Virus record (IMG/VR): IMGVR_UViG_3300028844_004984
DNA: 64,000 nucleotides
Source of the DNA: a virus
Strand: one strand, 5' to 3'
Shown one piece after another: positions 47,586-57,137 of this stretch. Numbering within the stretch: position 1 is the stretch's first letter; each line of letters opens with the position of its first letter. The translations under genes were made by a program, and so were the position numbers. The notes under the pieces were generated by a model. It ran no database searches. It was not told the DNA's origin and saw only the letters and a program-made list of their open reading frames with translations.

Positions 47586-48187
47586 AAACAACAAAAGAAA
47601 TACTTGATGGTATTCCCGATAAGTATGGTTCAGAAAAGAACACAACATCGTTAAAATGGAAAGAAGATGTTATAGAGTTCTTTAGGAATAAAGAACTGAT
47701 ATCGTGTCTTGAGTTGGGAACTTGGCATGGTAGAAGTACAAGAATTCTATCCGAGATATTTAAAGATGTGTGGACTGTTGAGCTTGTACAACACAGAGTT
47801 GATAATGCACGAGAGTTTTGCAAGGATAAATCTAACATCACATTTGTATGTGGAAACGCATACTTAGATAAAACCTACAGAAGATTTCCACAACACTTTG
47901 ATGTTGTTGTTATAGACTGCGACCACACCCACAGTTCGGTTATAAAGGATATTGAAAGGGGGTTATCTTATGCACGACCTGGTAGTATTCAGTATTTTGT
48001 ATTTGATGATTATGGGCATTCAGAATTGGAAGGAGTTCACACCGGAATCAAACACTGTATAAAAAAGTATGGGTTACGGGTAGAAAATTACATAGGTCAT
48101 CCTGCGGGAACGACTATAAATCGTGGTAAGAAACCACCATTTACATTATTTGATTATGAAGGTTTAATTGTAAGTTCTGAAAAGTGA
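47582..48187 (+). CDS. Class I SAM-dependent methyltransferase
   Basis: 'LELGTWHGRST', 'IDCDH', 'FDDYG'. Confidence 0.85.
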   Translation: MKTTKEILDGIPDKYGSEKNTTSLKWKEDVIEFFRNKELISCLELGTWHGRSTRILSEIFKDVWTVELVQHRVDNAREFCKDKSNITFVCGNAYLDKTYRRFPQHFDVVVIDCDHTHSSVIKDIERGLSYARPGSIQYFVFDDYGHSELEGVHTGIKHCIKKYGLRVENYIGHPAGTTINRGKKPPFTLFDYEGLIVSSEK

Positions 48188-48945
48188 AGAAGAATATAAT
48201 ATTTATTCCAGCAATTGATGCTGGTAGGGGTAGACACCACGCATATAATTACAGTATCCAATCTTGGAAGAATTGGGCTAAGAAGCATGATGTGGAAGTT
48301 TTAGTTTGGGATACTCCATTGTACACTTGGGATGAGATGACTATTCCGTGGCAAAGGTATCATCTGTTTAAGATTTTAGACCATAATGAGATTGAGTTCG
48401 ACCAAGTCCTCATGGTGGATTCAGATACAATAGTCCACCCGGATACACCCAACTTTTTTGAAATGACCGAGCGGAAATACACAGGTGTTTTGGATTTGGG
48501 TTGTTGGGAATGGACAGGTCGCTCGCTACGACACTACAAAGATGTGTTTGATGGGTATAGGCTCGATAGAGGTATGTATTTCAATGGTGGGTTTCAGATT
48601 GTAAATGAATCACATCGTGAATTCTTCGATTTGGTTTTGGATTTCTACTCTAAGAATCAATCTACCTTAGTAGCCAAACAAAAAGCTGGGTTGGGAACAG
48701 ACCAGACTCCAATTAACTATCTAGCTCAGATGAATGGTATCGATTTAAAAATGTTACCATCAACATACAATCTACACCATATGGTCAGTAAGAATCTACT
48801 AAACTTTGGGCAGTCTTGGTGGGGGGATAGTATGGAGAATTTGTATGAGCAAGCTTGGGTGTACCACTTCAATGCTATACCTACCAATAAGCTAAATCGT
48901 AATTCAGAATATTTCCTAAAAAGAGCATACGAAGAACTATGGTAA
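48184..48945 (+). CDS. GT8-like (GT-A) glycosyltransferase
   Basis: 'MVDSDT', 'YFNGGF', 'DQT.INY', 'YHF'. Confidence 0.8.
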   Translation: MKKNIIFIPAIDAGRGRHHAYNYSIQSWKNWAKKHDVEVLVWDTPLYTWDEMTIPWQRYHLFKILDHNEIEFDQVLMVDSDTIVHPDTPNFFEMTERKYTGVLDLGCWEWTGRSLRHYKDVFDGYRLDRGMYFNGGFQIVNESHREFFDLVLDFYSKNQSTLVAKQKAGLGTDQTPINYLAQMNGIDLKMLPSTYNLHHMVSKNLLNFGQSWWGDSMENLYEQAWVYHFNAIPTNKLNRNSEYFLKRAYEELW

Positions 48946-49886
48946 GTATAGCATTCATATCAGAACTACCATTCGATGGTAGAGTTCCGAGAAATCACCC
49001 ACATATGAGAACAGAATTTGCTCAGATGTGTGCGTTGGGTGCGGACCACTACAACTATAAAAGTATATCAACTATCGAACGTAGTTATGACCATATAGTG
49101 TTGTTGATATCAAAAAGCGATGCTATCAGAGATTGGTTATACAACTCACCGAATTTGGTTACTGAACTGCGAGGTGTTGGTAGTAAGATTTGGTTTATGC
49201 AGGAAGCAACTGCACAGGTTTATCAACAATTTGAATTACATCATCAAATTAGACATTACAACCTACTTCAAGAAGTTGATGGTATCCTCACAGAGAATGT
49301 TACAGATTACAACTACTTTAGGGGGTTGGTTGGTGAAAGTAAGGAAATACATACAATACCAACCCTTATCATACCAGATGATTTTTTGAATCTAAGAAAT
49401 TCAAATCGTTTGGATAAATCAATGTTGGGTGGTAACTTTACAAAGTGGTATGCTGGGTTTGATTCATATTTGGTAGCTACAGAGTTTGATAACCATATAT
49501 CCATTCCTAAAATGAGAACGGTCGCAAACGAATCAAATCTGGTCGAAGTTCTACCACACGTTCAATTCAATGAGTGGATGAAAATTCTATCGGAATACAA
49601 ATATGCTGTACACCTTATGCCAAATGTAACGGCGGGTACATTCAATCTGAATTGTTCCTTTTTGGGCATACCGTGTATAGGATACGCACAATCAGATACA
49701 CAACGATTATGCCAACCCAAACTATCAGTTGAGAAGTATGATTTAGAATCAGCTAGAGGTTTGGCTAAGATGTTGAGAGATGATAAAGATTTTTACAATG
49801 AATGTTCTAAAGATGCTATAGAGAATCACGACAAATACTTTAGTGAGGTGGTATTCTTAGAACATATGAATTCAATTTTTAATTAA
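48939..49886 (+). CDS. GT-B-like glycosyltransferase
   Basis: 'AGTFNLNCSFLGIPCIG' GT-B C-terminal pattern; lies within the glycan island. Confidence 0.55.
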   Translation: MVSIAFISELPFDGRVPRNHPHMRTEFAQMCALGADHYNYKSISTIERSYDHIVLLISKSDAIRDWLYNSPNLVTELRGVGSKIWFMQEATAQVYQQFELHHQIRHYNLLQEVDGILTENVTDYNYFRGLVGESKEIHTIPTLIIPDDFLNLRNSNRLDKSMLGGNFTKWYAGFDSYLVATEFDNHISIPKMRTVANESNLVEVLPHVQFNEWMKILSEYKYAVHLMPNVTAGTFNLNCSFLGIPCIGYAQSDTQRLCQPKLSVEKYDLESARGLAKMLRDDKDFYNECSKDAIENHDKYFSEVVFLEHMNSIFN

Positions 49887-49895
49887 TACAAACAA

Positions 49896-50978
49896 ATGAA
49901 GTATTCTTCACAAGCGTTAACATATGATGATATTCAACTAATACCATCATTTTCAGAAATAAAATCAAGAAAGAACATCAAACTGAATACACTCCTAAGT
50001 AGGAGGTATGGTTTGTTGAATCCGATAGTTGCATCACCAATGGATACGGTGTGTGAGTACAATATGGCACTAAAGATGGCTCAGTTGGGTGGTGTTGGGT
50101 GTATTCACCGATTCATGTCCATAGTGGAACAATGTGATATAGTTAGTATGTTACACCAACGTATCAATGGTGAGCATGAATCACCAAACATTAATCAGCT
50201 GTGGGGTGTGATGTATGATGATTGGCACGCCGAACAACGTTCAGTTCCGATTATGGCAGCGATTGGTGTTCAGCAAGAGGATAGAGAGCGAGCTAAAAGT
50301 TTGGTTTATGCTGGAGCAAACGTTCTATTGATTGATGTAGCACACGGTGACCATCAAAATGTTATCGATATGGTAGAGTGGTGTAAGAGTAATCTTAATG
50401 AGAACGTCGATATCATCGCAGGGAACATAGCAACAGCGGAAGCAGCAGAGAGGTTAGAAGCAGCTGGTGCCGATGGGTTGAGAGTTGGTATCGGTGGTGG
50501 TTCGCTATGTACAACTAGAATCAAAACAGGATTCGGAGTACCAAATGTAACATCGATTCAAGAAGTTGATTTAGTAGCAACCACGCCAATTATGGCAGAT
50601 GGTGGAATCCGTACCAGTGGTGATATCTCAAAAGCACTTGCCATCGGAGCTGATAATGTGATGTTGGGTTCTCTTTTGGCTGGAACCGATGAATCGCCAG
50701 GAAAGATTTTGGAAACATCCAGAGGATTGTATAAGAGGTACAGAGGCTCTGCTTCGCTGGAAACGAAAACAACACATGGACAAGAAGCTAGAAACGTAGA
50801 GGGTGAATCTACTACAATTCCATATAAGGGCGGTGTTAGATTCATTATCAGCGGTTTGTTAGATGGTGTTAAATCAGCACTGAGTTATGCGGGAGCTAAC
50901 ACTTTGTTGGAGTATTCGCCGAAATATGTAGTAGTAACAAATAGTGGTATTAGAGAAGCTAAACCACACTTAATTTAA
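49896..50978 (+). CDS. IMP dehydrogenase / GMP reductase family (CBS-less)
   Basis: 'ASPMDTV', 'IDVAHG', '[11 protein letters not shown]', 'ADGGIR', 'YRGSAS', 'VEG'. Confidence 0.92.
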   Translation: MKYSSQALTYDDIQLIPSFSEIKSRKNIKLNTLLSRRYGLLNPIVASPMDTVCEYNMALKMAQLGGVGCIHRFMSIVEQCDIVSMLHQRINGEHESPNINQLWGVMYDDWHAEQRSVPIMAAIGVQQEDRERAKSLVYAGANVLLIDVAHGDHQNVIDMVEWCKSNLNENVDIIAGNIATAEAAERLEAAGADGLRVGIGGGSLCTTRIKTGFGVPNVTSIQEVDLVATTPIMADGGIRTSGDISKALAIGADNVMLGSLLAGTDESPGKILETSRGLYKRYRGSASLETKTTHGQEARNVEGESTTIPYKGGVRFIISGLLDGVKSALSYAGANTLLEYSPKYVVVTNSGIREAKPHLI

Positions 50979-50986
50979 GGTAAGTT

Positions 50987-52198
50987 ATGTTGAGTAAGAA
51001 AGATATATCATTCATTCAACCAAGCAGAAACAATCTGAAGTATCTGAAATGGTCGTATGAATCAATTAGAAAGAATGGTGGAGATGAGCCAACCATTTGT
51101 GTAGCTGATGATTTCAGCAATGATGGAACTTGGGAGTGGTGTCAGGAGATGATGGAGAAGGACTCAAACTTCAAAGCAATCCGAAACGAAGGGCCTAAAC
51201 GATTAGGACATACAATCCTATATGATAGATTGATTAATGAGGTAGCAACTACACCCATCGTAGGAATTTATCATGCGGATATGTACCTTTGTCCTGGCGC
51301 ATTAGAATCTGTATTGGAACACATAACACCATTGAGTGTTGTTTCATTGACTCGTATTGAACCACCACTCCATCCCGATGGGCCTGAGAAGATTCTGATG
51401 GATTTTGGAATTGAGCCGGAGGAGTTTGTGGAGTTGGAAGAGGATTTACTACATCAGATTCCATCATTAAAGCAGGGTAGGACTACAGAGGGTATCTTTG
51501 CACCTTGGTTTTTGTTCAAAGAAGATTTTACATCAATTGGTGGGCACGACCCTCTATTCGCACCACAATCAAAAGAGGATACTGATATCTTCAATCGATT
51601 CCTTCTTAATGGATACAAACTAATTCAGACGTGGGATGGGTTTGTGTACCATATGACTTGTAGGGGGAGTAGATTCGCAGATGGTGCTAAAAGAAACCCA
51701 AATGGTGAAGTGTTTATGAAGAACAGAGAAACCAACGAATGGCTAACTCAGAACCAACGCTCTACTCGAAACTTTCTAAGAAAGTGGGGACATTATTGTA
51801 AGCACGATAGTTTAATGAAACCAATTGTACCACCTAAGTATGATGTACAATTCAGAATATTTAACGCTAATGAACGCTTGTTACAATTGTTAGAACCGTG
51901 GTGTGATAACATCTATGTAGATATAGAACAAAGTAAAATAGATGAGTATATTCAGAAAGAACAACCCGATACAGATTATGATTTAACTGAGAGAATCAAC
52001 AAAGATGGGATAGATTCTGATATAATTTTGAGGTTTGATGGAAGTAAATTTACACAAAATTCTTTTAATATCATACAACAGCTCTCTGCCATACTTGAGT
52101 CCAATAAAATTGAGGTTGGTGAGTTCGAATTAGATATATTGAACATACAGATAAACAAAGTAAAAACATATGAACATAAGCTAATTCGATTGGATTGA
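50987..52198 (+). CDS. Glycosyltransferase family 2
   Basis: 'DDFSNDGT', 'HADM', 'IGGHD..F....EDTD', 'VYH'. Confidence 0.85.
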   Translation: MLSKKDISFIQPSRNNLKYLKWSYESIRKNGGDEPTICVADDFSNDGTWEWCQEMMEKDSNFKAIRNEGPKRLGHTILYDRLINEVATTPIVGIYHADMYLCPGALESVLEHITPLSVVSLTRIEPPLHPDGPEKILMDFGIEPEEFVELEEDLLHQIPSLKQGRTTEGIFAPWFLFKEDFTSIGGHDPLFAPQSKEDTDIFNRFLLNGYKLIQTWDGFVYHMTCRGSRFADGAKRNPNGEVFMKNRETNEWLTQNQRSTRNFLRKWGHYCKHDSLMKPIVPPKYDVQFRIFNANERLLQLLEPWCDNIYVDIEQSKIDEYIQKEQPDTDYDLTERINKDGIDSDIILRFDGSKFTQNSFNIIQQLSAILESNKIEVGEFELDILNIQINKVKTYEHKLIRLD

Positions 52199-52214
52199 TA
52201 TAGTTATATGTGTT

Positions 52215-52454
52215 ATGATGTACTATATTTTACTTCCAGATGATACGGATAATGGGGTTCAATACTCAACCAATGTGTTGGGTGAAACCTCATTTAAAAA
52301 CTTTTGGGCAGAGCAAGGATTTGAAATATTCAGTAGAATGGTTGCTCTGTATCCGGATACATTAGAACAAATAAAAATAAAAGATGAAAAGAGTAAGGAA
52401 TATACACCAGAGGAATTTTTGGATGTGATATCCAAGCTAAACATAATCCGATAA
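52215..52454 (+). CDS. Hypothetical protein
   Basis: 79-aa ORF after a TAGTTATA motif. Confidence 0.6.
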   Translation: MMYYILLPDDTDNGVQYSTNVLGETSFKNFWAEQGFEIFSRMVALYPDTLEQIKIKDEKSKEYTPEEFLDVISKLNIIR

Positions 52455-52474
52455 ACACACAAAAAAAGGAACAC

Positions 52475-52681
52475 ATGGGAAAGATTAGGATGAACGATTA
52501 TGCATCCGATGAGTGGGATGACTTAGATGAATTACATGGTGGGCGTGAAAAAATAAAAAGAAAGAATGATGGAAAGTCAAAGAACAACAATGAAGATGAG
52601 CTTCACCAATCACAACGGCTGCCTGCCGGTTGGAGAGAGGGTGATAGTTTTATCGGTAGACGAAAAAAGGCAAGAAATTAA
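52475..52681 (+). CDS. Hypothetical protein
   Basis: 68-aa ORF with AGGA upstream. Confidence 0.45.
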   Translation: MGKIRMNDYASDEWDDLDELHGGREKIKRKNDGKSKNNNEDELHQSQRLPAGWREGDSFIGRRKKARN

Positions 52682-52745
52682 AGTTGCAGACCCATTTGAT
52701 AGAACTTGGGTAGTACCAACTTCATATGTTTTCTATCCTTTATGA
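52566..52745 (+). CDS. Small SH3-like hypothetical protein (not in ORF track)
   Basis: 59 aa: MMESQRTTMKMSFTNHNGCLPVGERVIVLSVDEKRQEIKVADPFDRTWVVPTSYVFYPL. Fills the gap up to the next late motif. Confidence 0.5.
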   Translation: MMESQRTTMKMSFTNHNGCLPVGERVIVLSVDEKRQEIKVADPFDRTWVVPTSYVFYPL

Positions 52746-52767
52746 TATTTATTTGTGAGGAGAGTTC

Positions 52768-52959
52768 ATGTCAACAAAACTAAACAATAGTAAATCATTA
52801 CCAATCATTACCCGAAAGGTGGAGATTGAATTAGAAGAGTTGATAAAATCAATTGATGAGAAATGGTCCGACAAATACAAAAAATCTATAAATTGTAGTA
52901 ATCCAAAGGGATTCTCACAAAAAGCACATTGTGCTGGAAGGAAAAAGAAGGGGAAGTAA
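52768..52959 (+). CDS. Small basic protein with IDE| cleavage-like site and Cys/His motif
   Basis: 'SIDE|KWSDKYKKSINCSNPKGFSQKAHCAGRKK'. Preceded by TATTTATT. Confidence 0.6.
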   Translation: MSTKLNNSKSLPIITRKVEIELEELIKSIDEKWSDKYKKSINCSNPKGFSQKAHCAGRKKKGK

Positions 52960-52961
52960 TT

Positions 52962-53573
52962 ATGCGTTACACAAAAGAACAAATTGAAACAGTTGTTAAA
53001 TCCAAAGGTTACAAATGGTTCACATCAAATAACTACGATGTAAATATCGTTGGTGTTAGAAATGGTGATACAAATGGTGAAGTTACCAATAAGTTTGATG
53101 ACCACCTTACTATCTCATATAGAGATAATAATGGTAATTGGAACTTTCACTGCTTTGAAGCAACAACGGATCCCGGCTCGCACTGGACTGAAAAGCAACT
53201 ACTAAATGAAAATGGAGTAGCTATTCTAAAAGAAGGGCAATACAGAGGTTCACATAAGATTGGACTTCATCAGGGTAAGTACGAAGCACTCAGACAGAAG
53301 AAACCATTGAAAGTGTATCGTGATAAGAATATGGATGTATGCTATGATTTTATCGAAGAGAATGTACACGAAGGTATCTATGGTATCAATATTCACAGAG
53401 CAACGGCACGAAAGGGTGGTAAATCCGTTCAGGTTGATAAGTGGTCTGCTGGGTGTCAAGTGATTGCAGCGAATGATGATTTCAATTTATTTATGGATAT
53501 CTGTAGAAAGGCTAAGAATGTATGGGGCAACTCATTTACATATACACTAATTAACTCAGATGATATTTCGTAA
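52962..53573 (+). CDS. YkuD/L,D-transpeptidase-like peptidoglycan enzyme (candidate endolysin)
   Basis: 'GINIHRA...WSAGCQV' matches the H-x(14-17)-S-x-G-C pattern. Confidence 0.6.
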   Translation: MRYTKEQIETVVKSKGYKWFTSNNYDVNIVGVRNGDTNGEVTNKFDDHLTISYRDNNGNWNFHCFEATTDPGSHWTEKQLLNENGVAILKEGQYRGSHKIGLHQGKYEALRQKKPLKVYRDKNMDVCYDFIEENVHEGIYGINIHRATARKGGKSVQVDKWSAGCQVIAANDDFNLFMDICRKAKNVWGNSFTYTLINSDDIS

Positions 53574-53623
53574 ATCGTTCTATTTATATCTGAAAACGTA
53601 CATAACATAATTTTGGAAGTTCT

Positions 53624-56600
53624 ATGAAAAAATACATATTAGGTCTACTAATATCAATACCATATATTGTATTAGGTCAAAATTCGTGGGTAAATATTAC
53701 CCTGTTAACCGATAATTATCCAAGTGAAACGACTTGGAAAATAACACCTCCAGGTGGTTCGCCAATAATAGCAAGTAATGATACTAATATGATACCATTG
53801 ACTGTGTATCAACAGTATTTAGAAGTGGGTGGTGATATTGTTGTTGAGATTGAAGATTCCTTTGGGGATGGGTTAGATGCAACCGCATTTGGTGGCTCAA
53901 TAGGATATTTTCTTATTGAGAATTCATGCCAAGATACAATATTATTTGTAGAAGGTAACTTTGGTTCATTCTACACAGATACCTTAACTATCGCACCATG
54001 CGCACCACCAATTGGGGGATGTATAGACCCACTGGCAGTAAATTACGACCCAAACGCAACACTATCCGATAGCAGCTGTCTCTATGAAGTTGACTTCACA
54101 TTAAATATGAATTCGTATCCTGGCACTTTCACAACACCATATGTTGCTGGTACTTTTAATGGTTGGACTGACCAACACCCAATGACCGATGTGGATGGGG
54201 ATAATATATGGGAAGTAACAATCCCAATACCAAATGGACCACACCTTTGGAAATTTATGTTAGATAATTGGGTAGCTCAGGAATTACCCCCAAATGTACA
54301 AAATAACCCATTGGCGAGTTGTTTCGTATTAGACCAATTTGGATTTACAAACAGAGCGTTATTAGTTTTAGGGCCAACTACATTAGATGATTATTGTTGG
54401 GAAAGTTGCTACGATTGTGGTACTATTTTAGGATGTACCGACTCCACATCCAATGTATATAATCCGTGGGCTACAGATGATGATGGTTCTTGTGTATCAG
54501 CAGGTCCATCCGCTTGTGATACTGATGAGACATATATCCAAATAGTATTTACTCCCGATAACTACCCATCTGAGAGTGGGTATAAGGTGTATGATGACTT
54601 CGGATTATTGTTAGAATATCTGCCAGGTTCACTTAGTGGGTCAACTCCTGGCGTACCTATCACCGATTATGTGTGTGTTGATTCAAATGTATTGGTAGAC
54701 ATAGTTCTTGAAGATGTTTATGGAGATGGACTATGTGGTACTTGTTTTGGTGGTACGGTGAATGGTAATATTCAGGTGTTGGATTGTGATGGTAACGAAC
54801 TATACAACCTACAAGATACAATATTAGATGGTAACTTTGGATATCAGTTTACAACACCACAATTCAATACAGGTGATATTTGTTCAGGTGGTGGTACAAC
54901 CGATGTATATGGGTGTATGAATCCATTTTCTACAACATATGATTCTACTGCAACCGTTGATGATGGAAGTTGTGGCCCACTAAGAGTAGTAGGATGTACT
55001 GATACATCAGCATTTAACTATGACCCTAACGGAAATACAAGTGAGGTTATGACCGGAGACTACACCTTAGAAATCTTAGATGGTGCATCAAATGGTTGGG
55101 GTGGAACGTGGTTAGGAATTAAGCAAGGTGATTGGTTATCACCACAATATAAATTAGGACCAAACGATGGAAACTCATTAACTTTCAATGTTCCTCTGAA
55201 CATATATGAGCCAATCCAAATCTATTTGTTTACAACACCACAATCAGCAACCTCAATTGCACAGGTCGCTTACAACCTAACAGGACCTGAGGGTGATACA
55301 ATTTTAGATGTACCTTATTGGGGGGCACAATCATTACAATTCCCAATCGTTCAAACAACTACGACACAGCCAACTTTTGGTGATGTGTGTATTCCTACAA
55401 TTATTGGATGTACAGATACTAACTCTTTGAACTACGACCCACTCGCTAACACCGATGACGGTAATTGTGTTCAGATAGTGTATGGTTGTACAAACCCACT
55501 CGCATTTAACTATGATTCCAGCGCTAACACAGATGATGGTTCTTGCATCTCTGTAGTTGTTGGATGTATGGATTCTACGGCATACAATTTTGACCCGAAC
55601 GCAAACACACCGGGAGCGTGTATTCCAATTATCTACGGGTGTACAGACCCTAACTCATTCAACTACAACCCAAGCGCAAATACGGATGATAGCTCGTGTA
55701 TTCCAATTATCTACGGGTGTACAGATGTAACGTCGTTCAATTACGATTCAACGGCGAACACAGATGATGGTTCTTGTATCGCAAGAGTATATGGGTGTAC
55801 AGATACATCATCGTTTAACTACGACCCTCTTGCTAATACTGATAATGGTTCTTGTGTTGCCATTGTATTGGGATGTATGACACCAACATCAATCAACTAT
55901 GACCCACTTGCGAACGTAAACGATGGTTCTTGTATCCCAATCATATATGGTTGTACAGACTCGACTTCGTTCAACTATAACCCATTAGCTAATACGGATG
56001 ATAGCTCGTGTGTACCTATTGTGTTAGGGTGTACTACTCCGACCTCAATCAACTATGACCCACTCGCTAACACCGATGATGGTACTTGTATTCAACCAAT
56101 TTATGGATGTACGGACTCGACTTCGTTTAACTACAACCCATTGGCTAATACTGATAATGGCTCTTGTATACCCATCGTATTAGGGTGTACCACCCCAAGC
56201 TCCATTAATTACAATCCCTCAGCTAATACGGATGATGGGAGTTGTATTCCAATCATCTATGGGTGTACGGATTCGACCTCATTTAATTACAACCCATTGG
56301 CTAATACTGATAATGGTTCTTGTGTTGCCATTGTATTGGGATGTACAACACCTACTTCAATAAACTACAATCCGAATGCCAACACCGATGATGGTTCGTG
56401 TATTCCATTTATTTATGGATGTACTGATTCAACCTCATTTAATTACAATCCATTGGCTAATACGGATGATGGCAGTTGTGCTCCATTTATTTATGGATGT
56501 ACCGACCCCAATGCATTTAACTATGACCCTAATGCGAACACAAACCAAGTATCAGCAACTGATTTATCCAACCCATGCATTCCGATTGTATATGGTTGTA

Positions 56601-57136
56601 CCGATTCTACTGCTGTGAACTACGACCCTAATGCGAACGTAGATAATGGTAGTTGTATCGCTTCGGTGGTGGGTTGTACGGATGTAGCCGCTTGGAATTG
56701 GAATCCAGCAGCGAACGTATCTGATTCGACAGTGTGTTTATATGATGCAGGATGTATTGATGGGCCAGGAAATCCATATTGGTTGAATGACCCGTGCTAT
56801 GCGTGGGTAATTGATATAGATAACTATTGCTGTAATAACGAATGGGATAGTGATTGTCAAAATCTTTATGATTATTGTGAAAATGGATGGCCATTGGATG
56901 TTGATGAGCTTGCATTTAACAATATCATAATTTATCCAAACCCAACTAAAAACGTAGTTAACGTAAGAAGTAATTTGGATATCACATATAGTGTGTATGA
57001 TTTCTCAGGAAAATTATTGATTGAGAACTCCAAAGATGAGGTAATTGATATGAACCCATATCCAAGTGGTGTATATCTGATACAAATAAGTTTCAACAAC
57101 AAAATTTATCGAAGAAAAATTGTGAAGGAGAACTAA
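53624..57136 (+). CDS. Secreted repeat protein with T9SS type A sorting domain
   Basis: Signal peptide ending 'VLG|Q'; carbohydrate-binding-like 'VAGTFNGW..MTD.DGD.IW'; ~21 GCTD..NY...A..DDGSC repeats; C-terminal 'IYPNPT...YDFSGK...SGVYLIQI...KIVKE'. Confidence 0.9.
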   Translation: MKKYILGLLISIPYIVLGQNSWVNITLLTDNYPSETTWKITPPGGSPIIASNDTNMIPLTVYQQYLEVGGDIVVEIEDSFGDGLDATAFGGSIGYFLIENSCQDTILFVEGNFGSFYTDTLTIAPCAPPIGGCIDPLAVNYDPNATLSDSSCLYEVDFTLNMNSYPGTFTTPYVAGTFNGWTDQHPMTDVDGDNIWEVTIPIPNGPHLWKFMLDNWVAQELPPNVQNNPLASCFVLDQFGFTNRALLVLGPTTLDDYCWESCYDCGTILGCTDSTSNVYNPWATDDDGSCVSAGPSACDTDETYIQIVFTPDNYPSESGYKVYDDFGLLLEYLPGSLSGSTPGVPITDYVCVDSNVLVDIVLEDVYGDGLCGTCFGGTVNGNIQVLDCDGNELYNLQDTILDGNFGYQFTTPQFNTGDICSGGGTTDVYGCMNPFSTTYDSTATVDDGSCGPLRVVGCTDTSAFNYDPNGNTSEVMTGDYTLEILDGASNGWGGTWLGIKQGDWLSPQYKLGPNDGNSLTFNVPLNIYEPIQIYLFTTPQSATSIAQVAYNLTGPEGDTILDVPYWGAQSLQFPIVQTTTTQPTFGDVCIPTIIGCTDTNSLNYDPLANTDDGNCVQIVYGCTNPLAFNYDSSANTDDGSCISVVVGCMDSTAYNFDPNANTPGACIPIIYGCTDPNSFNYNPSANTDDSSCIPIIYGCTDVTSFNYDSTANTDDGSCIARVYGCTDTSSFNYDPLANTDNGSCVAIVLGCMTPTSINYDPLANVNDGSCIPIIYGCTDSTSFNYNPLANTDDSSCVPIVLGCTTPTSINYDPLANTDDGTCIQPIYGCTDSTSFNYNPLANTDNGSCIPIVLGCTTPSSINYNPSANTDDGSCIPIIYGCTDSTSFNYNPLANTDNGSCVAIVLGCTTPTSINYNPNANTDDGSCIPFIYGCTDSTSFNYNPLANTDDGSCAPFIYGCTDPNAFNYDPNANTNQVSATDLSNPCIPIVYGCTDSTAVNYDPNANVDNGSCIASVVGCTDVAAWNWNPAANVSDSTVCLYDAGCIDGPGNPYWLNDPCYAWVIDIDNYCCNNEWDSDCQNLYDYCENGWPLDVDELAFNNIIIYPNPTKNVVNVRSNLDITYSVYDFSGKLLIENSKDEVIDMNPYPSGVYLIQISFNNKIYRRKIVKEN
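55406..56749 (+). repeat. Coding tandem repeat: 17 x ~78 bp (26 aa) GCTDxxxxNYxPxANTDDGSCxxxxx
   Basis: Visible in both protein and DNA. The central units alternate GCTDSTSFNY / GCTTPTSINY. Confidence 0.95.
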
Positions 57137-57137
57137 G

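Noticed and set aside
55406-56749. Possible DGR template/variable repeat pair
   Set aside because: No reverse transcriptase in the window, and differences between units are mostly third-position rather than adenine-specific.
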